DNA of 64,000 nt from assembly GCF_050013435.1 (NCBI RefSeq), contig NZ_JBEKFG010000004.1:12967-76966 (forward strand), written 5' to 3'. The position numbers and the translations under genes were made by a program. Below the pieces are notes generated by a model that did no database searches, was not told the origin of the DNA, and saw only the letters and a list, made by a program, of their open reading frames with translations. How positions within the stretch are numbered: the first letter of the stretch is position 1; each line of letters opens with the position of its first letter. The DNA is from Candidatus Binatus sp. (lineage in GTDB: Bacteria; Desulfobacterota; Binatia; Binatales; Binataceae). Of this stretch, positions 18,786 through 28,028 are shown in pieces.

Positions 18786-18869
18786 TGTGGCTCGAATTAT
18801 AGTACGCGACCGCCGGCCCAGACCACAAAGGCTTTCGCCTTGCAGCGATCACTATTATATGACGCCAGT

Positions 18870-19316
18870 ATGCGGGCAGTTGTTCAACGCGTCAGCCGCG
18901 CGGAGGTGCGCGCCAACGGGCGCATCCTGGGCAAAATTGCGCGTGGATTCGTCGTGCTGCTGGGAGTCGCCGGCGGCGACAGCGAGGCCGACGCGGCGCA
19001 TCTGGTAGATAGAATCGCCGGCATGCGCGTATTCGCCGACGACGCCGGCAAGATGAACCGCTCGTTGGGCCAAGCCGGTGGCGCAATCCTGGTCGTGTCG
19101 CAATTCACGTTGCTCGCCGACACGAATTCAGGCCGCCGGCCGTCGTTCACTGGAGCAGCCGCGCCCGACGAAGCGCGCCGCCTCTACGAGCACTTTCTCT
19201 CGCTCGCGCGGATGCGCGGTGTTAAGGTTGAGAACGGTGAGTTCGGTGCGACGATGGAAGTGGAAATCATCAATGACGGCCCGGTGACGATCATCCTCGA
19301 CAGTCGTGAAAAGTGA
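18870..19316 (+). CDS. dtd: D-aminoacyl-tRNA deacylase
   Basis: MRAVVQRVSRAEVRANG..GFVVLLGV..SQFTLLADT..GRRPSFT, the Dtd family pattern. The upstream part of the long ORF (18066..) is antisense to lgt and is rejected. Confidence 0.85.
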   Translation: MRAVVQRVSRAEVRANGRILGKIARGFVVLLGVAGGDSEADAAHLVDRIAGMRVFADDAGKMNRSLGQAGGAILVVSQFTLLADTNSGRRPSFTGAAAPDEARRLYEHFLSLARMRGVKVENGEFGATMEVEIINDGPVTIILDSREK

Positions 19317-19345
19317 AGATTGAAGGACTGGAGAAGTAGGTTACG

Positions 19346-19822
19346 ATGCCGCGAGCGGGATTCTATACCGCCGAATCGGGGAAGATCTCGTTTCGGCGCG
19401 ACGGCAACTGGTACAGCGACGACGAGCGGATCGACAACCCGCGTATCTCGCTGCTCTTCAGCCGGAGCATCAAGCGCAATCCCGACGGCAGTTACTATCT
19501 GCAAGTCGCTGAAGAACGCGCGCCGATCACGGTCGAGGACACGCCCTACGTAGTCAAGGCGCTCGAAGACGACGAGCTGGGCGGATTCGTGATCGTGCTG
19601 AACGACGAAAGCTGCGAGCCGCTCGATCCCACCGCGCTGGAGATCGGCGCCGGCCACGTTCTCTACGCGCGCGTCAAGGGCGGCGATGCGCGCGCCCGCT
19701 TCCTTCGCTCCGCCTACTACCATCTCAGTGACCGCTTCGAATCCGACGACGCCGGACGTTTCTACGTCAATCTCAGGGGCTATCGGTATCCCCTCAATAG
19801 CGCGCCAGCGCCGGGCGACTGA
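19346..19822 (+). CDS. DUF1285-family protein
   Basis: FRRDGNWYSDDERIDNPRISLLFSRSIKRNPDGSYYLQV..APITVEDTPYVV resembles the DUF1285 consensus (RDG.W.Y.G..I.R..LV.LF...L....G.YYL....E...I.VED.PF). Confidence 0.5.
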   Translation: MPRAGFYTAESGKISFRRDGNWYSDDERIDNPRISLLFSRSIKRNPDGSYYLQVAEERAPITVEDTPYVVKALEDDELGGFVIVLNDESCEPLDPTALEIGAGHVLYARVKGGDARARFLRSAYYHLSDRFESDDAGRFYVNLRGYRYPLNSAPAPGD

Positions 19823-20313
19823 TGCACCTGGCCGAGCCGAATCTACACATCGTTTTGGTTCGCCCCGAGATCCCGCAGAACACGGGATCGATCGCGCGTC
19901 TGGCCGCTGCGATCAGGGCCCGGCTGCACCTGGTGGGCCCGCTCGGATTCTCGCTCGAGGATCGCTATCTCAAGCGCGCGGGCCTCGATTACTGGCCGCT
20001 GGTGGATTTGCGCACGTATGAAGGATGGGAGCAGTTTGCCGCGACGCATGGCGATTTGCCGGAATCGAAGACGAAATTTTTCTCGACTCACGCCGGCGCG
20101 ACGTATCTCGATGCGCACTATGCGCGCGGCGATTTTCTTTTCTTCGGCTGCGAGACGGCGGGCCTGGGCCGCGATTTCGTGCTTGAAAGAATTGACCGTG
20201 CGTACCGGATTCCAATCTTCGAGGCGGGCGTCCGCAGCCTCAATCTCTCCAACGCGGTGTCGATCGTGGTTTATGAAGCGCTGCGCCAGAGCGGCGCGCT
20301 CAATGCTTCTTGA
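19822..20313 (+). CDS. trmL: tRNA (cytidine/uridine-2'-O-)-methyltransferase TrmL (SpoU family)
   Basis: LHIVLVRPEIPQNTGSIARLAAA..LHLVGPLGF..RAGLDYW, the typical TrmL pattern. About 160 aa. Confidence 0.8.
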   Translation: MHLAEPNLHIVLVRPEIPQNTGSIARLAAAIRARLHLVGPLGFSLEDRYLKRAGLDYWPLVDLRTYEGWEQFAATHGDLPESKTKFFSTHAGATYLDAHYARGDFLFFGCETAGLGRDFVLERIDRAYRIPIFEAGVRSLNLSNAVSIVVYEALRQSGALNAS

Positions 20314-20578
20314 CGGCGCAACTGCCGCAGCCCGTGCTGCAGCCGCCCTTCTCGCCGCCGTCGGCGGGCGGCGCGCCGAAATAATAACCCGCCTGCTCGA
20401 GTTCGCCGGGCGAGACCCACTTGAGATGGTCGGCGACGGCGGTATCGCAATGCACACAGACGCGGCGTTCGGCGCCATCGTCATCGAGCGCGACGTAGGT
20501 CAGCACCGGCTTGCCGCAAACCGCGCAATCCGCCATCGGGAATGACGCATCTCTAAGTGCGAGTAGAGGCGTGGGCAT
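20300..20578 (-). CDS. Small zinc-ribbon protein (CxxC..CxxC plus GCSTGCGSC tail)
   Basis: CAVCGKP...CVHCDTA and a C-terminal Cys cluster. No family assigned. Confidence 0.4.
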   Translation of the reverse strand: MPTPLLALRDASFPMADCAVCGKPVLTYVALDDDGAERRVCVHCDTAVADHLKWVSPGELEQAGYYFGAPPADGGEKGGCSTGCGSCAVKKH

Positions 20579-20719
20579 CGCGAACTAACCTAACATCATC
20601 GCGCGCAGTTGAGAAATCTGCGAGTTCACCCCTTCCACCCTCGCTCCTGAGATCGAGCACATCTCTCTTACCCCCTTACCCCTTCCTAACACGGACGAAG
20701 TCCCGCATCTTTTCTTAGT

Positions 20720-20780
20720 ATCGGGTGCAGGGATCACCCCTGCCCAAGGAAGTGTGAAACCCACGGTGGGTTTCACATTC
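20720..20780. repeat. Mosaic intergenic repeat module (family A) with two hairpins; probable terminator of the ABC operon
   Basis: GGGTGCAGGGATCACCCCTGCCC (20723..20745) and the perfect palindrome GTGAAACCCACGGTGGGTTTCAC (20753..20775). Related modules occur at 37030..37060. Confidence 0.6.
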
Positions 20781-20788
20781 AATTGAGT

Positions 20789-21700
20789 TTATGGTCGGCG
20801 GTACGGCTCCCCCAGCGCGCTCGGCGCGGCCGCCTGTCCGCCAAAGCCTGCCAGTACCACCAGCGTCAGCGCATACGGGAGCGCGAGAAACAGTTGGTAG
20901 GGAACGACGGTGCCGAGCGCCTGCAATCCGAATTGCAACGCCATCGCGGCGCCGAACAGCACCGACGCAGCCGCCAGGCCCCACGAATTCCATCGCCCGA
21001 CGATGACCACGGACAGCGCGACGAAGCCGCGGCCGGCCGAGATATTTTCGACGAACGTGTTGGCGTATGCGAGCGTCAGAAACGCGCCAGCCAGGCCGGT
21101 CAGCGCGCCAGACACGATCAGCGCCTGCCACCGGATGGCGATTACGCCGAGTCCGAGCGCGTCCGCCGCTTCGGGGCGCTCACCGCAAGCGCGAAGTCGC
21201 AGGCCATAGCGCGTGCGCGCGATCACGTACCAGAGCGTCGGCACGAGAATGAAGGTGAAGTAGACCAGTCCGTTGTGATCGAAGAGCACCGGACCGAGGA
21301 GCGGGATTCGCGCCAGCGCACCGAGCGGGATTTTCGCAATCGGCGCCACCATGAACGCCTTGCCGGTCACGCCGAACAGCTTGCGATAGAAGACGCCGGT
21401 CAATCCCAGCGCGAGGATGCTGACCGCGGTTCCAGTCACGACCTGGTTGACGGCGAGATTCACCACCAGCGTCGCAAAGATCGCATTGATCGCGACGCCC
21501 GCCGCGATCGCGCCCGCCAGACCCAGCGCGGTACTGCCGCTGAAATATGCGATCGCCAGCGCGACGAACGCGCCCGCCAGCATCGCGCCTTCGATGCCGA
21601 TATTGATGACGCCACTTTCCTCGACGAGCAGCTCGCCCAGCGCGGCCAGCAGGATGGGCGTCGCCATGGTGATCGCCGAGGTGAGGAACGCTTCAAGCAT
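20789..21700 (-). CDS. ABC transporter permease (CUT2/BMP-type, second permease)
   Basis: Polytopic protein with ILLAALGELLVEESGVINIGIEGAMLAGAFVAL, typical of CUT2 permeases. The start chosen at MLEAFLTS gives an 8-nt overlap with the upstream permease. Confidence 0.75.
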   Translation of the reverse strand: MLEAFLTSAITMATPILLAALGELLVEESGVINIGIEGAMLAGAFVALAIAYFSGSTALGLAGAIAAGVAINAIFATLVVNLAVNQVVTGTAVSILALGLTGVFYRKLFGVTGKAFMVAPIAKIPLGALARIPLLGPVLFDHNGLVYFTFILVPTLWYVIARTRYGLRLRACGERPEAADALGLGVIAIRWQALIVSGALTGLAGAFLTLAYANTFVENISAGRGFVALSVVIVGRWNSWGLAAASVLFGAAMALQFGLQALGTVVPYQLFLALPYALTLVVLAGFGGQAAAPSALGEPYRRP

Positions 21701-22769
21701 CCGGCATCTCCGCAAGCGGCGCCGCCGCGGCCGCATCATGAGGCGCGCCGAAAATATTCTCGCGCAGTCCGCTCCAGGCCGGGGTGTCGAAGGCGAGGAT
21801 GATCAAGATGACGAGGCCCTGGATAACCTGCACCAGCTCCGGCGAGACACCCTGGGTCCGCTGCATCGCCTGCGAGCCGTTGTCGAGCGCGCCGAACAGG
21901 ATCGCGGCGGGAATGATGCCGAGTGGATTGAGGCGCGCCACCAATGCGACCGCGATCGCCTCGAAACCCCATCCGGGCGAGAGCTTCTCGTACAATCGAT
22001 GCGAAATCGCGGAGATCTGCACCGCGCCGCCCAGCCCGGCCAGAGCGCCCGACAGTGCCATCACCCACAACGTGAGCGCCGGGATTCGGATGGCGAAGAA
22101 TGTCGCGGCGCGACGGTTGCGGCCCATCGCGCGCAGCTCGAATCCGGCTCCGGTACGGAACAAAAGCAGGTAGCACGCCGCGGCGAGCGCGACTGCGAGG
22201 ATCATGCCCAGGTTGATGCGGCTCGGCGCGAAGTAGAACTCGAGCTGCGCGGCGCGTGCGATTGGCGAGCTGGTCGGATACGCGCGCGACGGTTCCATCA
22301 GCGGACCATGCACGACCCAACTGAGCGCCTGCACGGCGACGAAGTTGAGCATGATCGTGCTGATAACTTCGTTTACGTCGCGCCGCGCGCGCAGCCATCC
22401 CGCCACGGCGCCCCAAACCGCGCCGCCAAGCGCGCCGGCGGCGAGAATGATCGCAATTGCGATCGCATGCGGAAAATTGCCGAGATGCGGACCGATCGCG
22501 CCGGCCGCGATCGCGCCGATCGTAAGCTGTCCGTCGGCGCCGATATTCCATAGCGCGCCCGAGAAAGCGAGCGAAACCGCAAGCCCGGTGAAGACCAGCG
22601 GTGTGGATTTCACAATGGTATCCGCGCACGCGTACCAGCTGCCGAACGCGCCTTCGCCAAGCGCCGCGAACACGCCGATGGGAGACGCGCCGAGCGCGGC
22701 GAGGACGATCGAGATGAGCGCGGCGGCGAGCGCCAGCGCCGCGAATGGTTTCGCAATCGAGGACAGCAT
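21693..22769 (-). CDS. ABC transporter permease (CUT2/BMP-type, first permease)
   Basis: Start MLSSIAKPF overlaps the ATPase stop (TGATG). The 152-codon N-terminal extension in the ORF track is Arg-rich junk antisense to other frames. Confidence 0.7.
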   Translation of the reverse strand: MLSSIAKPFAALALAAALISIVLAALGASPIGVFAALGEGAFGSWYACADTIVKSTPLVFTGLAVSLAFSGALWNIGADGQLTIGAIAAGAIGPHLGNFPHAIAIAIILAAGALGGAVWGAVAGWLRARRDVNEVISTIMLNFVAVQALSWVVHGPLMEPSRAYPTSSPIARAAQLEFYFAPSRINLGMILAVALAAACYLLLFRTGAGFELRAMGRNRRAATFFAIRIPALTLWVMALSGALAGLGGAVQISAISHRLYEKLSPGWGFEAIAVALVARLNPLGIIPAAILFGALDNGSQAMQRTQGVSPELVQVIQGLVILIILAFDTPAWSGLRENIFGAPHDAAAAAPLAEMPDA

Positions 22770-24247
22770 CAGTCGCGCGCCCCGGCCATCAGCAGGCCCA
22801 GCCGCTCGGGATCGCGCTGGCCAGGGCTGGTCTCGCGGATTTTTCCGCGGCTGATAATCAACAGCCGCCCGCATATCGCGAGCAACTCGTCGAGGTCGCT
22901 CGAAATCAGAACCGCAGCGCCCCCACTGGGGGCGGATGCGAAGTCGAGAATCGCGCGATGGACGTCGGCGGTCGCGGCGAGGTCGAGGCCGCGGCAGATA
23001 TTGTGCGCGACGATTACCCGCGGCCGCGACGCGATCGCGCGCGCCACTTCCAGGCGCTGGCGGTTGCCGCCCGAGAGCGCGCCGGCGAGCGTTTCGGGAC
23101 CGGGCGCGCGAATCCGAAAACGATCGATGAGCTGGCGGCATAGATCGATCGCGCGCGAAACGTTCAACCATCCATGCGAAGTAACCTGCTCCCGGAGCGG
23201 ACGCGCGAGAATCAGGTTTTCCCACAGCCGCATGTCGAGGATGAGTCCGTCGAGGTCGCGATTTTGCGGTATCACCGCCATCGCGCCCGACGAGCCGCCG
23301 TGCAGCGTGACTTTACCACTGCTCGGACGGCGCACGCCCGCGAGCACCTCGACGAGCTCGGTCTGGCCGTTGCCGTCAACGCCGGCAATTCCCACGATCT
23401 CGCCGGCGGCGACGCGAAACGAAAGCCGGTCGAGAATCCGCCGTCCGGTACGATCGTCGAGGGTCAGATTTTCGATTAGGAGCACGGGAGCGCCCGAAGG
23501 CGGCGGCGCCGCGGACGCAGCGGGCTGAGTCACGATTTCGCCAATCATAAGGCCGGCCAGTTGCGCCTCGCTGGTATCGGCCGGAGTGGTGCGGGCGACC
23601 ACGCGGCCGCGGCGCAGCACGGTGATTCGATCGGCGACGGCAATTGCTTCGGCAAGCTTGTGGGTAATCATCACGACGATTCGGCCGTCGGCGCGCAGGC
23701 TGCGCAGCAAGTCCAGGAATGCGGCCAGTTCCGAAGGTGCGAGCACGCTGGTCGGTTCGTCGAGAATCAGGACCCGCGGATTGAAGCTGAGCGCGCGCAG
23801 CACTTCGAGCCGAACGCGCTCGGCAACCGAACGATTCTCGACGGTGGCGCCCGCCGGCGGCATTTCGAATCCGAGTTTCGCGGCGAGCGAGCGCGCACGC
23901 GCCGCGACTGCGTCGAGGTCGAGCGCGCCGGCGCCGGTGTCGAAGCCGCCCAAAGCGAGATTTTCCTCCCAGGTCATCCGCTCGAACAGCATCGGGCTCT
24001 GATGCACCGCCGCAATTCCGGCGGCCAGCGCCGCGCGCGGCGAGCCGGACTGCAGCCGCCGTCCATCGAGGACGGCTTCGCCATGGTCGGCGGCGAGCGA
24101 GCCGGCCAGGACATTCATCAAGGTAGTCTTGCCGGCGCCGTTTTCGCCGACCAGCGCGTGAATCTCGCCGGGGAGCGCTTCGAAATCGACGGCGTCGAGC
24201 GCGAGGGTACGGCCGAAGCGCCTGGTTATGGCATTGGCGCGGAGCAC
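22769..24247 (-). CDS. ABC transporter ATP-binding protein, duplicated NBD (CUT2 type)
   Basis: Two Walker A motifs (GENGAGKTT; second half GVDGNGQTEL). LSGG signature motifs. Confidence 0.85.
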   Translation of the reverse strand: MLRANAITRRFGRTLALDAVDFEALPGEIHALVGENGAGKTTLMNVLAGSLAADHGEAVLDGRRLQSGSPRAALAAGIAAVHQSPMLFERMTWEENLALGGFDTGAGALDLDAVAARARSLAAKLGFEMPPAGATVENRSVAERVRLEVLRALSFNPRVLILDEPTSVLAPSELAAFLDLLRSLRADGRIVVMITHKLAEAIAVADRITVLRRGRVVARTTPADTSEAQLAGLMIGEIVTQPAASAAPPPSGAPVLLIENLTLDDRTGRRILDRLSFRVAAGEIVGIAGVDGNGQTELVEVLAGVRRPSSGKVTLHGGSSGAMAVIPQNRDLDGLILDMRLWENLILARPLREQVTSHGWLNVSRAIDLCRQLIDRFRIRAPGPETLAGALSGGNRQRLEVARAIASRPRVIVAHNICRGLDLAATADVHRAILDFASAPSGGAAVLISSDLDELLAICGRLLIISRGKIRETSPGQRDPERLGLLMAGARD

Positions 24248-25573
24248 CTAGGCGGCGGTTGCGCCGTAATGGACGCGCACATATTCGAGCGCGGCTTCGC
24301 GGGTTTCGAGCGCGCCGTCGAGTTGATGGTCCTCGACGTCCTTCAAAATTTCCTTGAAGCGCGGCCCCGGGGTGAATCCCAGCTGCTTGAGGTCCTCGCC
24401 GCCGATTAAACGCGGCGGACGAATCTCGGCCGGGGTCATCGTCGTCATGGCGTGGCGGCAAAAATGCCAGTAGCCCAGGCAGGAGCTCGACGCCATCGCG
24501 TCCATGAACGCGACTTCCATCAATTCGTCAAACCCGTCTTCCGCGAGCATTCGCTTGAGCGTCGCCGGGCGCATCCGCGGCGCCATGCAGAGCTTGAGAT
24601 GATTCTTCACCAGGTACGCGACCCGCTCCTGCACGGCGCGCGAGCGCTTGAGCCGCGCCATGATATTCGCCGCCACGACGGCGCCATCCTCGGTGTGCCC
24701 GTAGAACGTGACCTTGTCGCCGGCGACCGCACGGGATTGCGGCTTGGCGATGTCGTGCAGCAGGATGCCGAAGGCGACGGTCTCGGTGCATCCGGAGGCA
24801 AGCATCGCGACGCCGATTCGCGTGTGGGTGTACACGTCGCCCTCGGGATGGAAATTTTCGGGCTGCGCGCATCCGCGCATCGGGACGACTTCGGGCAGGA
24901 TCAATTGCATCAGACCGCTGTCCATCATCAGGTCCATCGCGCGCGCGGCGGCGCCCTCGGTCATCATCATGACGATTTCTTCGCCGATTCGTTCGGCCGC
25001 AATTCCAATAATCGTCGGCGCGGCGCGTTTCATCGCGGCCCAGGTCGCGGGATCGATGCTGAAGTTCAGGCGCGCGGCGAAGCGGGCGGCGCGCAGGATG
25101 CGCAAATGATCCTCGTCGAAGCGGTCGTAAGGATTTCCGATCGCGCGGATGATTCCGGCGCGCAAATCGCGCATTCCGCCGACCAAATCGATCAGGCGAT
25201 CGGCGATCGGATCGTAAAACATCCCGCCAATGGTGAAGTCGCGGCGGATTGCGTCTTCCTCGATCGCGCCGAAGCGCACCGAGGAGGGCCGGCGTCCGTC
25301 AGTATATTCGGCATCGGCGCGAAAGGTCGCGACTTCGATCGGCTTGAGGTCGTCGAGCACAACTCCGATCACGCCGAACTTCGCCCCGACCGCCACGGTG
25401 CGGTCGAACAGTTTCTGCACAACATTGGGACGCGCGTCGGTGGCAATGTCGTAATCCTTGGGCTCGACGCCAAGAATTCGATCGCGCACACATCCGCCGG
25501 CGAAAACGGCGCGAAAGCCGGAATCGATGAGACGGCGAACGATGTAGAGCGCCTTTTGTTCTATGTCGCTCAT
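24248..25573 (-). CDS. cca: CCA-adding tRNA nucleotidyltransferase (PolyA-pol head + HD domain)
   Basis: Start MSDIEQKALYIV. GGCVRDRILGVEPKDYDIAT (nucleotidyltransferase head). HD motif ILLHDIAKP. The 80-codon N-terminal extension of the track ORF is a translated intergenic repeat (CHPERSRRI..FAQNDSKK). Confidence 0.8.
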   Translation of the reverse strand: MSDIEQKALYIVRRLIDSGFRAVFAGGCVRDRILGVEPKDYDIATDARPNVVQKLFDRTVAVGAKFGVIGVVLDDLKPIEVATFRADAEYTDGRRPSSVRFGAIEEDAIRRDFTIGGMFYDPIADRLIDLVGGMRDLRAGIIRAIGNPYDRFDEDHLRILRAARFAARLNFSIDPATWAAMKRAAPTIIGIAAERIGEEIVMMMTEGAAARAMDLMMDSGLMQLILPEVVPMRGCAQPENFHPEGDVYTHTRIGVAMLASGCTETVAFGILLHDIAKPQSRAVAGDKVTFYGHTEDGAVVAANIMARLKRSRAVQERVAYLVKNHLKLCMAPRMRPATLKRMLAEDGFDELMEVAFMDAMASSSCLGYWHFCRHAMTTMTPAEIRPPRLIGGEDLKQLGFTPGPRFKEILKDVEDHQLDGALETREAALEYVRVHYGATAA

Positions 25574-25615
25574 GGGCGACTCTCCGGCCGCACATTTTAG
25601 CAGGGGCCGGGCGCG

Positions 25616-25810
25616 GCATGAAGGAAGAATCACCTGCGCGGTGGCAGGGCTCAGCCCTGCACGGTCTGTTGGGACTTTTTTTGAGTCATTCTGAGCGAAG
25701 CGAAGGAACCCGGATCCGGCGTCCGACGTCGGCCAGACACGCGCTGGCGCGCGCGAGATCCTTCGGCTTCGCTCAGGATGACACAAAGAGGAGACGCGGA
25801 GGGGCTTTTG
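25616..25810. repeat. Mosaic intergenic repeat (family A) copy
   Basis: GGCATGAAGGAAGAATCACCTGCGCGGTGG..GGGCTCAGCCCTGCAC..GAGTCATTCTGAGCGAAGCGAAGGAACCCGGATCCGG..TCCTTCGGCTTCGCTCAGGATGAC, a long imperfect inverted repeat. Modules are shared with 26862.., 37017.. and 39040... Confidence 0.8.
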
Positions 25811-25920
25811 CAAATGCCAACGCAGTTCACTATAGATTTGGCCAAGTGCACCGACGTCCGGTCTCGCTTAAATTGCGAAAGCGGGCGCATCAGAAACGGC
25901 AATCGGAAGGAGGCTGGCGC

Positions 25921-26769
25921 ATGAAATCGAAAGTTGCGGGTTGGCTATTGTTGTGTGCCGTAGCTTGCACGCTGATGGCCGCGCCGGCGATGGCTCAGCC
26001 TCGCTTCGGCGCCTACGACGACGGCCACGTTTGGCGCGACCCGGGATGGTGGCATACCAATAATCCCCAGTGGATGTATGCGTATCATCCTGAATGGGTA
26101 GTGGAGCGGCGCGATTGGTGGCAGTACGACCACCAATATCATCCGGACTGGTTCTGGGCGCCGTTCTGGGGATCGTATCCGCTTTGGACCTGGGGCGCTC
26201 CTTACGAAGGCGTCTATCACGACTACTGGTGGTGGCATCGGTACCATCCCGATTGGATGTATGCGAACCATCCTGAATGGGGTGAGCCATATGGCGGGTG
26301 GCTGCGCGCCGATTACGGCGCGCATCCCGGATGGTTCACGTCGAATTATTGGCGCGACCATCCGCGCGACTGGGCCCATCCTGACCGGGAATTCTGGAAT
26401 CGTGAGAACGGCCGCTTCAACAATTATTTAAACGAGCATCCAGAGCGTCGTTCTCAGCTAAGCGCCGGAGCAGGCCGGGGCGGCGCGCGGGGCCAGGAAC
26501 ACGGCGTCGAGGTCCAGCGCGGTACCGAACACCCGGGCGGCGCGCGGGGCGAGGAACACGGCGTCGAGGTCCGGCGCGGTTCCGAACACCCGGGCAACAT
26601 GCGCGGTGCCGAACACGAGGGAGGCGCCGAGCGGGGCGCCCGTCCGGGCGGCGAGCATCCTAATGAAGCCGCTCGCGGGCACACTGAAAATGCCCCTCAT
26701 CCGGAGCATCATGAGGAATCGCACCATGAGGGCGGTGGCGGCTCCGGCGGCGAACGGGAAAGGAAGTGA
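25921..26769 (+). CDS. Secreted Trp/His-rich repeat protein (YHPDW/HPEW repeats, then RGxEHGVEVxRGxEHPG repeats)
   Basis: SD GGAAGGAGG before ATG. Signal peptide MKSKVAGWLLLCAVACTLMAAPAMA. Composition is strongly biased to W, H, Y, P, E and G. Confidence 0.55.
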   Translation: MKSKVAGWLLLCAVACTLMAAPAMAQPRFGAYDDGHVWRDPGWWHTNNPQWMYAYHPEWVVERRDWWQYDHQYHPDWFWAPFWGSYPLWTWGAPYEGVYHDYWWWHRYHPDWMYANHPEWGEPYGGWLRADYGAHPGWFTSNYWRDHPRDWAHPDREFWNRENGRFNNYLNEHPERRSQLSAGAGRGGARGQEHGVEVQRGTEHPGGARGEEHGVEVRRGSEHPGNMRGAEHEGGAERGARPGGEHPNEAARGHTENAPHPEHHEESHHEGGGGSGGERERK

Positions 26770-26861
26770 AGGCGCATCGCGAGCGACTGACCAATCGTCG
26801 CGGACGGCGATGCGTCTGTGCTGTCCGCCCGGCTGTCGAGTGCTAAGGCCGCCCGCCGTTG

Positions 26862-27175
26862 GCGGGCGCGGCATGAAGGAAGAATCACCTGCGCGGTGGG
26901 CGGCGGGGGTGACCCCTGCACCCGGTGTTAAGAAGACGCGAAAATCTGCGCAGGCAGGGCTGAGCCCTGCACCCAGTATTAAGGCCGCCCGCCGTTGGCG
27001 GGCGCGGCCCCTCGCCGTGGCGACGGCAAAGAAGAAGATCCGGGATTCTTCGCTTCGCTCTAGAATGACACGGGCGCCGCTTGCTTTTTTTCCGTCATCC
27101 TGAGCGCAGCGAAGGATCTCGCGCGCCAGCGCGTATCGCTTCAGCACCAGCATCCGGTTATGCACAGCTCTCCTA
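26862..27175. repeat. Mosaic intergenic repeat (family A) copy
   Basis: Shares its 5' module with 25616 (GGCATGAAGGAAGAATCACCTGCGCGGTGG). Shares a 135-nt 3' module (>95% identity) with 39100..39239, including GTCATCCTGAGCGCAGCGAAGGATCTC. Confidence 0.85.
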
Positions 27176-27200
27176 ACAGAGAGAGGAAACCGGCAGCGAG

Positions 27201-27989
27201 CTAGCCCTCGCCCAGGCGCGATTGCCCCAGCAGGATTCCGCCATCGACGGCGATCACCTGGCCGGTCACGTTAAGCGCCTTGTCGGAGCAGAGCCACGCC
27301 ACCGTGCGGCCGATATCCTCGGCGGTCTGTTCGCGGCCGAGCGGAACGAGCTGGCGCACAACAGAGTCGAAGACCATGCGCGCGTTCGCATCGCCGCCGC
27401 CGAGCACTGCGCCCAAATCCTGCCATACCTTGGTGTAGATGAGCCCCGGCGCGACCGCATTGACGCGAATTCCGGCCGGACCAAGCTGGAGTGCGAGGGT
27501 TTTAGTGTACGAGATCACGCCAGCCTTGGCCGCGGCGTATGCGGCTAGCATCGGAGACGCTTGCAGGCCGGCAACCGATGAGGTGTTGCAGATCGCGGCG
27601 CCACTGGTCATCCGCGGCGCAACCTCACGCGAGACTAAATAGACCGAGTTCAGGTTGAGATCGACATAGCGGCGCCAGGTCTCGACGCTGTCCCACCCGG
27701 GTTGATTGCCACTCTCGAACCATGCCCGATCACCGCCGCCGGCGTTGTTGCATAGCACGTCAGGATGAGCGCCGAAGCGGGAGGCAATCTCCTCGACCGC
27801 GCGATTCACCTGCTTCTCGTCAGTGACGTCGGCGGCAAAGCCCTGAACCTGGGCGGCGATCGCGGCGGGGGGCGGCGCCAGATCGCGATCGATGACGGCG
27901 ACCTGCTCGACCACCTTTTCTTCAAGCAGCGCGTTGACGATCCCGAGTCCGAGTCCGCGCGCTCCTCCAGTCACGATTGCGTATTTCAC
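27201..27989 (-). CDS. SDR-family oxidoreductase (short-chain dehydrogenase)
   Basis: N-terminal AIVTGGARGLGLG (TGxxxGxG). NNAG motif. YxxxK region (YAAAKAGV). Confidence 0.8.
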   Translation of the reverse strand: MKYAIVTGGARGLGLGIVNALLEEKVVEQVAVIDRDLAPPPAAIAAQVQGFAADVTDEKQVNRAVEEIASRFGAHPDVLCNNAGGGDRAWFESGNQPGWDSVETWRRYVDLNLNSVYLVSREVAPRMTSGAAICNTSSVAGLQASPMLAAYAAAKAGVISYTKTLALQLGPAGIRVNAVAPGLIYTKVWQDLGAVLGGGDANARMVFDSVVRQLVPLGREQTAEDIGRTVAWLCSDKALNVTGQVIAVDGGILLGQSRLGEG

Positions 27990-28028
27990 TGATTTTTTCT
28001 CCGGACGAGCTGGGTGCGGGCCGGGCGC

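Noticed and set aside
18066-18869. Long N-terminal extension of the dtd ORF (track start 18066)
   Set aside because: The extension is antisense to lgt. Dtd homology begins at MRAVVQRV (18870), giving the canonical about 148-aa protein.
21417-24461. Several 280-500-aa ORFs on both strands across the ABC transporter genes (for example 21417..22553 +, 21736..22629 -, 23376..24461 -, 23561..24409 +)
   Set aside because: They overlap well-supported permease and ATPase frames. Their Arg/Ala/Pro-rich composition has no motifs.
25574-25813. 80-codon N-terminal extension of the CCA enzyme (MQKPLRVSSLCHPERSRRI...FAQNDSKK)
   Set aside because: It is the translation of a family-A intergenic repeat. The CCA head domain starts at MSDIEQ with its own SD.
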